Assembly (NCBI RefSeq): GCF_964355755.1 | Contig: NC_092677.1 | Location: 17,754,101-17,818,100, forward strand | Direction of reading: 5' to 3' | Source: Antedon mediterranea | Lineage: Eukaryota; Animalia; Echinodermata | DNA: 64,000 nucleotides | Shown: piece by piece, positions 12,761-26,550 of the stretch | How the letters are laid out: every line of letters begins with the position of its first letter | Numbering within the stretch: position 1 is the first letter of the stretch | The notes under the pieces: model-generated | Databases searched by the model: none | What the model was told of the DNA's origin: nothing | Seen by the model: the letters and a program-made list of their open reading frames with translations, nothing else | Position numbers and translations under genes: made by a program

Positions 12761-15700
12761 TCCCTAGGCAGTGTGACCCACATACCCCAACATTCCAGTA
12801 ACAAACATTCTAATTTCCAAACCTCCGACAAACGTACTCACTAATCAAACAATTCTTTATCTATACACACCATATGTTCAAAAATGTTATTCTCTTACAA
12901 ATATATGAAACAAACGAAAAAAGCGATTCAATCCATATGATTCTATGCAGTGTTTCAAACATTGTTTCTTCTAGATGAACAAATAAAGTAGTTTTTTTTT
13001 TAAATATCAAAAACCTATTATTGATACACTTGTTTCTCTTATAATTGCACTGACTGTAATAAGAACAAATTTGTAAGTTAACGGTGTAATGAATTGAACC
13101 TAGTACCCTAGAAATTGTTAAGCGAGTATTTATCACCAAGCTCTGATACCGCTAAAATGCCAAGAATCATTACTGTACTCTGTTTAATAAGAATTATATA
13201 ATTAAAACTTATAACAAAATATATATTTTTAATAAGATTAAAAATCTATTAGGATTATTAACTACAAATTGAGACAGCTTTCATTGCCAATGGTGTGAAC
13301 GTAAAGTTGATTACAGTGCAAGATCAAATACATTAAATAAGAAATAGATGAACTATCAACCCTAGGGCCAAGCACAATCTTTCTCACCAAAAAAAACAGA
13401 GGTTCGCACCTCTAGATATACACACAAAGAATTGATTTCAATTCTACGATGATTATACTAATAATTATGTTAAATCAGGCAAAAAAAATTAAGTGTGTAC
13501 CAGAGGGATATCATTTGTTTATTGAGATTTAAGAAGTACATCACTGTGTCACTGTGCACCATTGTATTCCTTTTCAGGTCAACTATAATTCATATTAGAT
13601 TAATAAATGCTTAATCCGTTGAGGTGTGAACGTGGTCGAAATAATAAGACAGAGTATGACCGCCGGCTTTTGAAATTAATCTTAATAATCTACATCATTG
13701 TTATCAGTCTTAGGCCTCCGATGACAAAATCATCCAACTTTACAGCGGTGTTTTGCGCAGCGTTTAGCAATGAAAAGGAGTGTAAATAATGGGATTACTC
13801 GGTGTGTTATGATAGGCAAAGCGGTTTTCAGTTTGAATATATTCATGGCTTTGTTAACACTCTCAAAGTGTGACAATGAATGTAATTAATCTTATGTGTA
13901 AAATAATCTTTATGAAATCAATAATGAAGAATTATGAAATGATTTGTTAAGTGTTAGTTAACTCTACACTATGGATGGATGAACAAGAAAAGAGAAAGAA
14001 AACACTGAATATTGATTTGTGAATATAATTAGGTTTATGAAAAGTAATTGATATTATGAACTTCATTATTAAAGTACTAATTATAATTTCAGAAACTAAT
14101 GCTAAAATATTATAATGAAATTACTTGATTTTTATTTTTACAACATTTTAAACACTCAATATCATTCAGCATTAAGCCAAATAAGACTTTTTTTGTCCAG
14201 GATTTTGAAGAGGGACTTTATTACTAGCTAGGCCTATATTAGCTAATATTGTGATGTATCAAACGAACACAAGAAGAAGTTCAATCATGCTTGATGTCCA
14301 TGATCATTTAATGGACATTTTGTTTTATATATCATTTTTTAACCGATTGTATACGACTGATATTCTACTGCAGTAACATTTGAAATAAAATATTATTTTA
14401 GTTTCTATCAATGTAGCAGCTATACAATAAAAAAGCTTCTTGCTAAATAATTAACAGTAAACAAAATATAGTTACTGCAGTAACTGCAATAGCATTATTT
14501 TTACATGGTTCCTAATTGTCAAAAAGGTAATTTACGAGAAAGCACCTGAAACTTTCTGTTGAAATAGAAAAAAATATTATTATGTCCTACTGTAGATCTA
14601 AATAATGTATTGTAAATGACACATACATAAAGCCTATTCCACTTCAGTAAGTCAAACATAGTTATCCTTCCAATTAAAGACCATTTTGGGACCCTGGTTC
14701 TAAAAATATAACAGCGTACAAAAAGTACATCTTTCTAAACTTTGCAACAAGTATACTGTTATATAGTATAATACAATTTTGTATATAAAATTGAAATATT
14801 TGATATGTTTGTTTAAAAAATTTCACTTTTGACAGATGTCAATCAACAATGCGAAATGCCAACGTGCATCCGTCATTCAATCAAACTTGAACGAGTGGGA
14901 CATGGCAAAAATTACACAGACTGCCGCATACCCCGACCGCAATCTGAAAAATGTGGGACGCATCATGATTTAAACTTTCATTTGACGGGACAGGAGAAAA
15001 AAAAAGATTATTTTTAACAAAATAATACTAAAATGCCAATTTGATGATAGAATAGAGTTTTGAAAAAGCTTGTATAAAAGTTGTGACTCACTATAAACTA
15101 TTTGATAAATTTACTTTTTATACCATTGTGGTTAATCAAACAAAAAAAACCTGTTTGTATCAGCAATGCAAAAAAGACTTTCCATCATTTTTGGAAAACC
15201 AATTACCCTACCTTGATTCATTGAAGAAACATTTGATGGAAATGGAAATCATAGCTGAATGAATTGAGTGATTTGTTATGTTTATTATTCTGTTATTCTT
15301 TTGTAAACAACACAAATTCACCAATTTGCTCTAAATATATATTATCTTTTTTATATGAATATAACTTCATATTTTGAAACATTATTAAAATTCTGCATAA
15401 TACTGTTTTCTGTGTTTATATTAATTCCTATCTCGCAAGTTTTTTCATTACTGATGTCATTTTTTCCTGTAAATCTGATTTGGCACCAAAGAAATATTAG
15501 TTGTTTGGCTATTAAAGAAATTTATGTCAAAATGCTAATGTGGACCATTCTTCCCCTGAATATTTACACTACACTCACTTTTAGGGACTATATACTAGGC
15601 CTATATTTTCAGCTTTTGTCTTTCATATTAAACAACTATTTGTATGTTCACTTTGACTTTGTTCGCTTTTGTTTTTCTGTTGTTATTTGTTTATTGTTAG

Positions 15701-17675
15701 ATAGCAAGATAATGAAAGAAAACATCAAAGGCACTTTGAATTTGAATAACCATGAATGCCATCCTGTTTTATTGGTGTTTTAGTGTACATGTAGTACCTC
15801 ATTTATCTTTACTTATTTGTTATCTCAATTACTCATCATTCATGTTGAGACAACAAGTTGAAGAAACATAAGGTCACTGATCAGTGTAGTTAGCTGATTT
15901 GATTACAAGCAAAGTGATTAATTACCGATTAATTAGGCTAGCATTGCCAGTTGGAGTCTCAACAAATGTTACTGGTGATATTTTAAGCAAGACAGCAATC
16001 TGAATGCATGCTGATTGACTACTCACTGTCTCTCAATAGGTAAACCCATCAGCTGTAAACAAAAGAAAGACAGACATATCCGACCTATTTTGTGTAGTAC
16101 AGTATCTTTAAATAAACAATTTGTAACTGAACTGATACACTAGGGCCTTTCTTATTATTTTAGTGATGTAGCATGATGTAGCAACATAAAACAAATTGAC
16201 AATTTAAACTTGATTTTAATTTGTAAAAAAAATTAAATAAAAATGTAATGATGCCGTAAAAATACTATAAAGAAGGGGTGTGCATTTTGTTTAAATTTGT
16301 AAATGAACCTATGTGCACCATGTTTATACTGTACTACAAATTTTGCTTCAAAAAACTATACACAAATTTAGAAGTTAGTATAATATCAAATGTAAAAGAA
16401 AGAAATATCATACAATTTATAATAGGAATCCTAATTTAAAAATAAATTTCTAGTGGCGGTCTCAGACATCTCAACTATGTTACACTACCAGTCTACTGTG
16501 CCACTATTTCATAATCCACTACATGAATGCCAATGACCCCGGAGAATGTAACATAAAATTATGTTATTCCAAGGACAAAGCATTTGAGTTATTATACATA
16601 TGTATATACTAATCAAAGTACCATGATTTATGTTTTTTTAATTATCAAGGTCTTTTCTACAAATCACTGCACTCACCAGCCTTCTACATGAAGAACATTG
16701 GTGCCATCATCTCACTACTGGCAGGTTCTATCCTTTAGGTAATATGGAGAATCAGATTTAGTGTGGATGCACCACATTATAATTTGTGAGAAACGAGGAC
16801 AGAGTGTTAATATTGGCTAAAAAAACTCATATGTAAGAAGTGGCGTAACGCAGGGGAAAAGGCCCCGGTTTAGCACTCCTAAGGGCCCTCCAAAGCTGAG
16901 TACCGGGGCTGGGTAGTTGTTGCTCATGGTCTATGGCAGCTAAGCTCTTGGGCCTCTGGGTTAAAAAAAAATGCAACATTTTGTTTCCCAATTATGGGAT
17001 AGAATGTTATTCCAGTCGGGGGAAAAAACTAGATCAATGTAGTTGATTGATGTCATCAATAATAATTCGTTCTAATAAAAAAATATATTCATTCTGGGCT
17101 ACTGTACAATATTCAAGCTAGACAGGGATCTAGCCACAAAATGTACCTACGGTATTTACAGTCCTTCAACGACATTGTAATATCTTGTCTCTGGTCTGTT
17201 AACACCTGTTCACATAATGCTTAAACATAAAGAAGAATATTTCGGCTTCTTCAGTGCCACATTCAATGCTATCTCTTAAACTGGTTAAGATATAACGTAA
17301 ACAGTTGTAAATAATGTAATAGTCATTAATCATTTTAATATCAAAGATGAGACCTAAACAAAATTGTTATGTTGAATTACACAAGCAAGCATCAGTTGAC
17401 TAAACATGAACATTTTAATGCTCAATTATTAAGTTTGAACACATTTTTGGGTCGGTCAGGCTCATTAATTATTTACAGTAAATAAAGATGTTGTTCCCAA
17501 AAACATGAGAAATAAAACTGAATAAAGTCAAACTATACCATTTTGTATGTTTAATAAGTTATTCATTTCGGAAAAAAAAAACATGACTTTGTTTACAAAA
17601 TAAACTGTTGCTTATTCGTTTCTTTAAATACTTTTTCAGGCAAATATACATTTTTTTACCACAATTTATAATTAA

Positions 17676-17775
17676 AGATAATATATTGTCCCCTGAAAAA
17701 ATCATTAAAACTACAAAATTGCCAGTTTAAAGTCTGGTTTTATTAACCTTTTTATTTTAGGGAGATAATACATCT
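17676..17775. mobile_element. TTAA MITE, ~100-bp deletion derivative
   Basis: ttaa|AGATAATATATTGTCCCC ... GGGAGATAATACATCT|ttaa. Another partial copy lies at about 17483-17660. Confidence 0.7.
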
Positions 17776-19549
17776 TTAAAAAAAATAGGCTATATCACAC
17801 ATATTAACATGATTGTAAATGTTTTGAAGTATTAATGAAATTAGAACTTATTTTAAGCAAAGCAATTAGTTTATTAAAAAGACAGTTTCATTACCCATAT
17901 TCTTATTTTCTTATGGAAAAATACAAAAATTAACAAAACTAAATTGTAACAAATTTTTAACATTTTAAATATGCATACTTTCTAATGGGTAAATTCACAC
18001 TTCTGCACTTAAAAATAAAAATTAAGGTACTGAATTAATCAAATCATGCATGATAAATCTCGAAATAACAACAAAAAGCCTTGATACAATTTATTAACAT
18101 GCTATTCTAATTTGATCATCTTTTAGAATAATGTTCTGAATTAACATGAAGATGGTATTACCAATACAATCATAGCAGCAGGTATGTATCCTATTGTGTA
18201 TTTAATTGTCACAGCAAGAATGTGGCGTTGATTTAAGATTATGTTTTCTGTTACCCCTACTGTCGGATTACTCGTTTTAAATTTAACATTTGACCTCAAC
18301 CAAGTGTTTCGTTTAATTAGTCACTTCAATACACCCTTGATATTGAATGTTTTTTTATGCATTAAATAGCAAATAACTAATAAATAAATAAATAAACATA
18401 AATAAAATGTATAAATAATCCCTGAATCTGTTACTAAAAAATGGTTAAATAAGTGGGTGGTTGTTGACAAATGTTTACGTTCTTCATAATGTAATGATCT
18501 TTTACACAGTCAAGATAATAAAGCAGTTCACTCAATGGCAGTCAATCAAATAATCATTATTTTATGTTCAAGCTGAATGTTGCTTCCCAACACCTGTTTT
18601 ATTTAATATTTGCCTCATTTCTGCTTCAACATTTGTTGGGGTAATTTGGTAATACATGCGGGAATATACTACCTTATTGAGGGCGTCATTGGTGTGTACA
18701 TTTCATATTTTCGGGGTCTCCAAAGCAATGCTAATCCAGTTGAACAGGTATTAAATACCTGTTCATAAACTTGTCATACAGGGACGACAGGGACGTCCCT
18801 GGAACTTCAAGTTCTCTGATGGTTGTTAAGGTTATCATATTGTATGATATATAATAAAGATATGTCAGTAACCCCGCTGTAAATAAATGGTATGTGGACA
18901 AGATACGTGACACTGAGTAACCCATATCATTAGACATTAATAGCAAGGCTAAATGATGACACATAAATACCATCAGATTCTTCGATAACATAATTAATAA
19001 TATTAATAGTTGATAGCTACTATATTATAATAATTTAAATGAAACCAATCAAATTTACTCCTGCATTCCAGAATTTCACTCAAATCCATGATTCTTCAGT
19101 TTCTAAAGCGTTACTTAAGCAAGTCTGAACACTTTGTTGTTATAACGTAAATTATATAGGACCTTGCTTGTGATACAATAGACACTTTCTCGTGCTGTGC
19201 CTTTAGGTAGTTATCTTCAATAGGATGGAAGCATTAAGAAACTGTACCACATAGAATTTTATGGTTTACTAAGGCTGAAAAAATGTAAATTTGTAAACTA
19301 AAACTGTGCATACGTAAACCCCAAAATACATCTGTTTAATAAACAATGTTTTCATTTTTAACTGTCAACGAGGCCAGGTATAATATGTTCAATTTATCAT
19401 TGAATAACAATAACAATCCTTCATCTATGGTAAACATTTTTGCCGAATGGTGTGTATAGATGAAGAATTGTTTGACTAGCGAGTGTATTGTTGATGGCTG
19501 GGAAATTAGAAATTTTGTTTACTGGAATGGTGTTTCCTACCACCTTAGG

Positions 19550-19800
19550 AAATAACGCCCTACTCCGCAATATGTATAGTTTAGTTTAGGATTAAATTTT
19601 GTTCTGTACAATAGGCCATGGACGTCGTTCAATTCAGAATATATTTACTGATTGTTTAAAAACAAATGATAATAAATTGTTATTTCTTAAATTAATAAAA
19701 TAGAATACAAATTAAAAAAAAGCATCATTTAATGAAGAAAGAAAAAAAATTAAAACTGTTACCATCAAAAAATCAAGCAGCGTGTTTTGTAAGAATGTTT
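19550..19800 (+). mobile_element. HINE-like dispersed repeat family copy (diverged)
   Basis: Reverse-complement similarity to 26551-26760 (TTTTGTTCTGTACAATAGGCC, TACTGATTGTT, AAGCAGCGTGTTTTGTAAGAA). Confidence 0.6.
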
Positions 19801-19860
19801 AAGGCTATGTTCCATGGAGTTATAATGAAAGAAAGATAAGTATTGTTAAAGAGGTGGCTT

Positions 19861-19911
19861 CTGGTTCAGATCTACTGTACGATATAGACCGTAGGTCTGA
19901 ACAAGCCCTAA
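19861..19911 (-). mobile_element. Terminal fragment of the 3784-4789 Harbinger family
   Basis: CGTAGGTCTGAACAAGCCC|TAA matches the TIR plus TSD. A further subterminal fragment at about 19105-19180 matches 4681-4760. Confidence 0.65.
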
Positions 19912-21260
19912 GTCAGGATTTTACAGTTATGAGTGACAGTGGTTCAAACATTTCAACAACAAATGAGGAACAGACCTATAATCAATTATCGTAATTATTT
20001 TGACCAATTCAGACATTTTTAATCTAATCATCAACATAGACAAACAATAACAAAACATACATCCACAAATGTAGTATTAATCTATGGCATTTAAGTGTCA
20101 TGTTTATAGTGCTTAATGAGTTTTGTGTTCTTGGTCCTTGCTGTTTGATTTGATTTACACTCATTGGTCATCAATGTTTCTTTGGTGTTGTCATCAACTT
20201 GTCAAGATAGGGCAATTTCCCAGACACCTTGCCTCCATGCCTTCACTCATTCCAATGCCTTGGCCCCAATATAAAGGTCCCAAGATTACAGTTATTAACC
20301 AGTGCTAAGCTGTTTTGATGTTTACTGCTTAAGATTATAATCCTCTTAAACTTAACATTTGTTAGTTTTTTGCTATTGTACTCTCTTCATATTATCTGGC
20401 TGGATATGATATATACTGTACATACCCACCATCAAAAAGGTATATATACATTGTAAATATGCTATAAATCCATTAATATACCACTTAACACCACCAGTAA
20501 CAAAACTGATAGTGAAGTTGGTAATTGCTGTACATTCCAGGCCTACATTAATTCAACATGTTCCTTCTGTCCTTCTGTTTTTAGCAGTCCGTGCTGATAA
20601 ATCAATCATGCCAATAGTTTGACATTTGTTAATAGGCTGGGCAAACAATGTTAGATATACACTTTAAATAATTGTTTAATTGAAAGACATTAGAATATTG
20701 ACATGAAAAGACTGGCATGATATGTAATTTTGTTAGTAGTAGGTCTTCAGTAAGGTTTTCAAAATGCATTTAATTATTGAAGAAAAGGCATTTGGAAGTA
20801 AATTTTCATTGAAATTAATAAAACCAACATTATCTATTATGATGCAAATGCCATCATGGTGCTAATATCCGCTTAAACATACTACAAACATACAAACATA
20901 ATTATACATATTTACATTTAAAATTTAAACACATTAAAATGATAGTCTACTGTTGTAGTTATTATTTTTTTAAATTATTGTAATTGTTGTTATTATGATT
21001 ATTACCTCCGCCAAGGAGGTTATGTTTTCACCGCTGTATGTTTGTGTGTTTGTGTGTGTGTCTGTGAACAGCCTGGAGGCCACAGTTTTTATCCGATTCT
21101 AACCAAATTTGGACACAACGATCTATGCCCAAAAAGCTCGGAGTTCGAATTTGAGGGGGAAAGGTCATAGGTCAAGGTCACAACTAACAAAAAACTATTT
21201 TACTGCCTAGAGACCACAGTTTTGATCCGATTCTCACCAAACTTAGCCACAATGATCAAT

Positions 21261-22070
21261 GGCCCTGTTTCTGCTGCCAACTAAATACCGTATATTATAC
21301 GGTATTTTTTTAATACCGTATATATACGGTATATTTTTGGCAGCAGAAACTGTGCTCATAAAAAATATACCGTATTTGTATACCGTATTTTCCCCACAAA
21401 ATTTGTGGATAAAATACGGTATTTACAAATTTATACCGTATTTTTTGTACCCGTTTCTGCTGCCAATAAAAAATACCGTATTTTTTTTTTACATGACAAA
21501 AGGTCACCATTCGTGTTTTTATTTTCTGTCGCTGTTAGCTGCTTTACACACATGTATAGATATATTCGGCGAAAATGTGGAGCGAATACGTCACAGTTTT
21601 ACTAAATAAATGTGTGTGGGGAAGCTAAAATGTCTGACCAACTAAAAGGTAATAAAAGGGACAACCACATTTATAAAGACATTTATAAAAAAATAAAGCA
21701 GGAGTATGGAATAAACTTGTCTCCAAAGCAAGTAAACTCAAAGCGAAAGCAGTACAACATTGCAAAATACAATAACTCGGGGAGGGAACAAATTAATTGT
21801 CCCCATTACGATGTTTTCTGTGCTCTCACAACATCTCTATCACTAGGGCTAGGCTGTTGAAAGTGAGACGTAAAACTTCCTTTATTGCGACTTTTAATTA
21901 TCGATCAAATAAATGAATGGCAATTTGGGTAAAAAAGATGAAATTTAACACGACCACCCAAGAAGTATTGTTAGCAGAAACGGGGTACTAAAAAATACGG
22001 TATAAAAAATACCGTATTTTATACCGTATTTTTATACCGTATTTTGAGCAGTTGCAGCAGAAACAGGCCC
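21261..22070 (+). mobile_element. PIF/Harbinger-group (possibly Pangu-type) non-autonomous transposon nested in the HINE
   Basis: TIRs GGCCCTGTTTCTGCTGC and GCAGCAGAAACAGGCCC. AAT duplication at 21258-21260 and 22071-22073. Interrupts the second HINE unit. 13 copies of ATAC(C/G)GTAT. Confidence 0.88.
21575..21860 (+). pseudogene. Frameshifted Myb/SANT-like trihelix domain
   Basis: MWSEYVTVLLNKCVWG, frameshift, then EAKMSDQLKGNKRDNHIYKDIYKKIKQEYGINLSPKQVNSKRKQYNIAKYNNSGREQINCPHYDVF, which follows the Myb_DNA-bind_4 pattern (WGE...GxKR...Y..I...G....Q...K...Y...NSG....CP.YD). Confidence 0.8.
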
Positions 22071-22177
22071 AATGACACATCATATAATTGTGGTTAAATT
22101 TTGAAGGGTCAGGGTCAAAGATCAAGGTCCACAAAAAAAAAAAAAAAAAGAAATAAAAAAATAATAAAAAAAAAAAA

Positions 22178-22248
22178 CCCTCAGTGGGACTTGAACCAGC
22201 GATCTCAACTGTGAGAGGCTGGACACATAACCATTACACCACACTGTC
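22178..22248 (-). ncRNA. tRNA-derived Pol III-like cassette inside the HINE (not a functional tRNA)
   Basis: GACAGTG-TGGTGTAATGG (A box)...GGTTCAAGTCC (B box)-CACTGAGGG followed by a T-run; irregular anticodon arm. Confidence 0.6.
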
Positions 22249-22421
22249 ATCCACAACTTTGTAGTGTGCAGTTAACATATTTACACTTAGAACTAATAAA
22301 AAAAAATGTAAAAAAAAAAAAATATTCAGGGGGCATTTTATGTAGGGGAATTTTACAGTAGGCGGAGGTTTGTACTCTCGGAGTACCCTCTAGTTGTTAT
22401 TGTTATTATAATAATTAATAA

Positions 22422-23640
22422 TTGACAAGGTATTGCGGATAATCCTTGTGATTGTCAGGATCTTTTTTTTTTTTATCTTTGTTATTCGTCTTTCTTTCAA
22501 CGTTTTTGATTTTTGTGTCCAGCGTATCTGTAAAACTTGGAAATAGAATCTAGAACTTTACAAGAATTTAAACCTATATCTGAAGATGTTCTAATAAGGT
22601 TTTCGTGAACGCTAGAGTTGTGCAGCGTTCGTAACGTACACATGATTTTATAAAATGTTATGATTGATCATAAATTCTGAACTAAAAGACGTTTTTTGAT
22701 GAAACTTGTTGAAAGTATACTTCATAATATGGGGCAATTCTTGATCAACTAAAAATCATGTGCTACTCAATAATTTACGCGTGCACATGCATTTGAAATT
22801 TCAAAAAGCCAACAAATTAATTTCTAATCTATTTTGCGTACATTTCAAGTCATTTTAAAATCTGTAAATTGTTTGTGCTTAGCTCGTACAAAGAGTAGAA
22901 AAATGGTTTTTGCAACTGATTTTTGTTTTTCATGCCTTCTATAGTAAATTTCATTCATTTTGCTTAACTTGAATTGTAAAATAATGACGCATGCATGTTA
23001 AACGTCAATTAAATAATACAAATTTGTGCAAAAATATACCGTACCTTTTTTTAATCGGTTATAGCTCCTCAGAATGCCTACTTAAAAAAATATATTATGA
23101 GTTGTAGATATTAATTCATGTAAAATATATATCTACCGGATGTTCAGACATCACCATATGGCCACTTGAATTTTATAAATATGATTTTGTACCAGTTAAT
23201 ATTATTTAATAGAGCACACCACACTAATGCGTACCCCATTTTCTCCTAGATTTTAATATGGTTTTGCTCATCAATTCTCTTTTACATAAGCTGCAAACAT
23301 TTTAATTTTTCTTATGTCATCATATCAAAAACATGAGTACGCAAAATTGATTATAAATTAATTTTGTGCATTTTGAAATTTCAAATGCATGTGCAAGCGT
23401 AAATTATTGAGTAGCACGTGATTTTTAGTTGATCAAGAATTGCCCAATATTATAAATACTTTCAACAAGTTTCATTAAAAAACGTCTTTTAGTTCAGAAT
23501 TTATGATCAATCATCAGTTACTTAATTTCATCATACAGTGCAGTATATTTCAATCTGTTATAGCTTCTCAGAATAATGCACATGATTAAAACTTATTATG
23601 AAGTTTGTTGAAATTTAGATATGAATTCATGTAAACAAAC
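22422..23640. mobile_element. Rearranged HINE-like repeat with internal inverted and direct duplications
   Basis: 5' hairpin ACAAGG-TATTGCGGATAAT-CCTTGT followed by a T-rich tract. Inverted arms 22660-22806 and 23371-23514. Direct repeat at about 23057-23125 and 23557-23635. Confidence 0.55.
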
Positions 23641-25379
23641 TCGTCACTGTACAGATAAGCTGCTACGTACATCAATACTTCTATAAACGGATGGTTAGTT
23701 GGTGACAAGAACGCTAGTTGATCATACCCAGTACCGTTTTTATTTTACGATCATTCGGGAAACCACCCCACGACAGATACAGGCTCATAAAAAATATACA
23801 GTTTTTATTATATACCATTTTCTCAATAATTTTTCAGTTTACAGTATATTTGCCTTGTAGAATAAAGGTTCTATATTTTATAACATATGTCTGAGGATAT
23901 GCAGCAGATTGGTTCAGTATATAGTAGGTAGACCATGGTGGTACGATAAGTCTTACCTACAAAGCACGGAAAGCTTTAAAATATCTGCCAATCTGTCTCT
24001 GTCCCACACATGATAAGTATATCAATTGCATCCATTACCAAGTGTTAACCAAAGGAGTTGTCAGAATGATCTCACTGGAGCCACAGCAACATTAAAACAA
24101 GGCTAAGGCGACTATAAATCAAAATACAGACAGGCCCCCACACATAAAATCATTGTCCTTCTCTTGTATCTAATTGTGTGAAGTAATCAAAGTTTAATTA
24201 CTTAACAAACTGATGATATAACATTAATTAAGGATATGTCTGCTTCCTCAATCATCTTTCAATCAATTAGTTCTGAAAAATAAATAAATTTGTTGATAAG
24301 ATTTAGGTGCTCATGGACCTTATGAACATTACTCAAAATGTTTTAATTAAGGATGTATCTTTAGAACAACCCACATTCTCACTTATTCAGTAAACTATCC
24401 CAATACCATGCTAAATTTTTGACATATTTTGTAACAAAAATTGTTTAAAAAATCATTCATGATTCATCAATAACATCAGCACAATTGTACAATTAATTTC
24501 ATGATTTAATTAAGTTATTTGTTCAAATGGTTACATTTTTTAGTTTATATTAGTTTTAATATTTCAATAAAAATTCAAATCCTGAACATTTAACTAACAA
24601 TTTATTTTTCATTTGGCCTTATATAACAATAACATAAACCAAATTATTATGTAAATATCAATTTATACATTTTAAAACTAATTATCGCATTTTGATATGA
24701 ATGTCAAGTGTATAATAATGACCACACAACAAACAAAGGCAGGAGGTAGACATGACACTCCATTATTTTTCATTAACTTTGACTGGAAGCATTCAAGCCT
24801 TGGTGTCCTCCTTTAGGGCGCTTGTAACGAACCCCACAAAATATGCCGCATACCACATATACCTAATTAGTGGATTTGCTACTAAATGCTACGAGCTGTT
24901 GAAAACCACTCATCGCTATACTACTGAACTCCACACATTTATGTCCTGTTCACACTAAGTAAACAATCAGTTATTTCAAGACTGTTTATAATTCGCACTT
25001 TGTTTTTTGAGTATAATAATTATCATCAAAACTTTGGAAGTTGTTAGTGAAATCAGATGCCTGGCCTTTATGGCAATTTAGCTAAATCTATACTTGTGAA
25101 CATTCTTTCACCAGGGGTAGTTATGTTAAACACGTCTTCATTAACGTAATTAGAGAGGATATACACGTTTTTTAAGTGAATGCTATCTGATACAGACGAC
25201 ATCCTTACATTGATAATGCAGTCAAGATAGAATTGACGATTGGTACCATACAGAGAAACAGAGTGTTGTATTCCTTATGAAGGAGTTAATTGCGCCACTG
25301 TGGAACCCAAACCAGATATGTATCTGCTGATTGTGTTTACAGGGCAGTGATCAAGCAGATGTTGAACTGATTCTCTTAC

Positions 25380-25442
25380 ATTCCAGAGTCAACCCCGGAA
25401 CTGTTATGGGAAGTAATTTTGACGGGTATGGTTGACATATTT
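25380..25442 (-). CDS. Candidate short exon with start codon (MSTIPVKITSHNSSGVDSG, phase 2); host gene unknown
   Basis: Polypyrimidine acceptor TTTTCTTTTGTTTTTGCATTGTTTTTAAACAG, ATG at 25438, donor GTAAGA at 25379. Possible 71-nt upstream intron (25513-25443). Unique, CpG-retaining context. Confidence 0.35.
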
Positions 25443-26550
25443 CTGTTTAAAAACAATGCAAAAACAAAAGAAAATTAAACCAAGTCCTGTACGTATTTGT
25501 TGCATACATATACCAATGTTAGAGTTCGATGAAACCGAGTTATGTGGAACCAGTTGAAAGCTTATCTGGAACTATTTTAGAGACAAAATAACCTCTGATG
25601 GAAGGTCAAGCCCTGTAGCTTGTTACCAAGCTAGAGTTACGTGTTCAGCACTGCATGAGGTTCAGCTGGTGAAATTAAACAACCGTATGTTGAGATGATA
25701 CGTTGACTATGAATACACCGAGGGCAAACACCGATAGGCGGACATTGCCCCGTCATAATACATCACATCTTGTTATAATTTCATATTAGTGTTATGATTA
25801 ACGAGACATCTCTAGAGAAATCCTTTTGGTAACTAAGATGTTTTCAGACCGGAGGTAAAATTCAGTGCCGACAGTGTTTGGAATGTTATCTATGAACACG
25901 AAAAAATAAAACGAACATTGTAACAATTACGGAAACTTAATGTAATTTTCAAACTGGTTATATTAAACCATTATCAAGCTTTTGTACACTTGTCATTCCT
26001 TGTTAAGAAAAATGAAACTTAAATTTTGTATGACACATAATTTTTCTATGTAATTTTGCAGCCGATTTAGTTTGTACAGTATCATAAATTTGGCAGTGAC
26101 AGCACAATTCACTATTAGGAATACTACCTGCAGGAACCAAGTTGATGGGGAGAGGGTAACCTCTTCTTTCTTTTTTGTCCTTAATTGTACCCTATATAAA
26201 TCAACCTTATTTATCCATGGAGGCTCAGATCAACTCATGGATGTTCTTATATATTCTTATATACAAAAATACAAATACAAATTTAATTTTATATTTAAAT
26301 GATCGAGTCTTGAACAAATGATTGCCAACACAAAGATTGTACTCACAGGTTCAGTTTAGATATTTTATTATCCAACATTAGACAAATTTGGCAACAAACA
26401 ATTTTAGAAACCAGAAGAAGCAAAAACCGAAATTTAAATCTATAGTGGATTGCTACAAAACAGTCTTAACTGATGGTCTGAACTCCCGATTAAGGCTGGC
26501 TTGATTAGATAGACGGTTTTACTAAAGCCATCCCTGTTAAACCATTGCTA

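Larger units (their letters stand above)
21001..22395 (+). mobile_element. Helentron-associated non-autonomous element (HINE/DINE-1-like) with a nested insertion
   Basis: SubTIRs ACCTCCGCC (21004-21012) and GGCGGAGGT (22361-22369), 3' stem-loop GTACTC-TCG-GAGTAC, CTAGTT end, TGT(G/T) microsatellite near the 5' end, two ~134-bp internal units, T-rich target. Confidence 0.85.

Noticed and set aside
15355-15783. Longest ORF in the track (142 aa, hydrophobic)
   Set aside because: T-rich low-complexity composition with no motif or splice support.
21259-21609. 116-aa ORF and overlapping ORFs
   Set aside because: They span the TIR and the ATACCGTAT repeat array of a transposon end.
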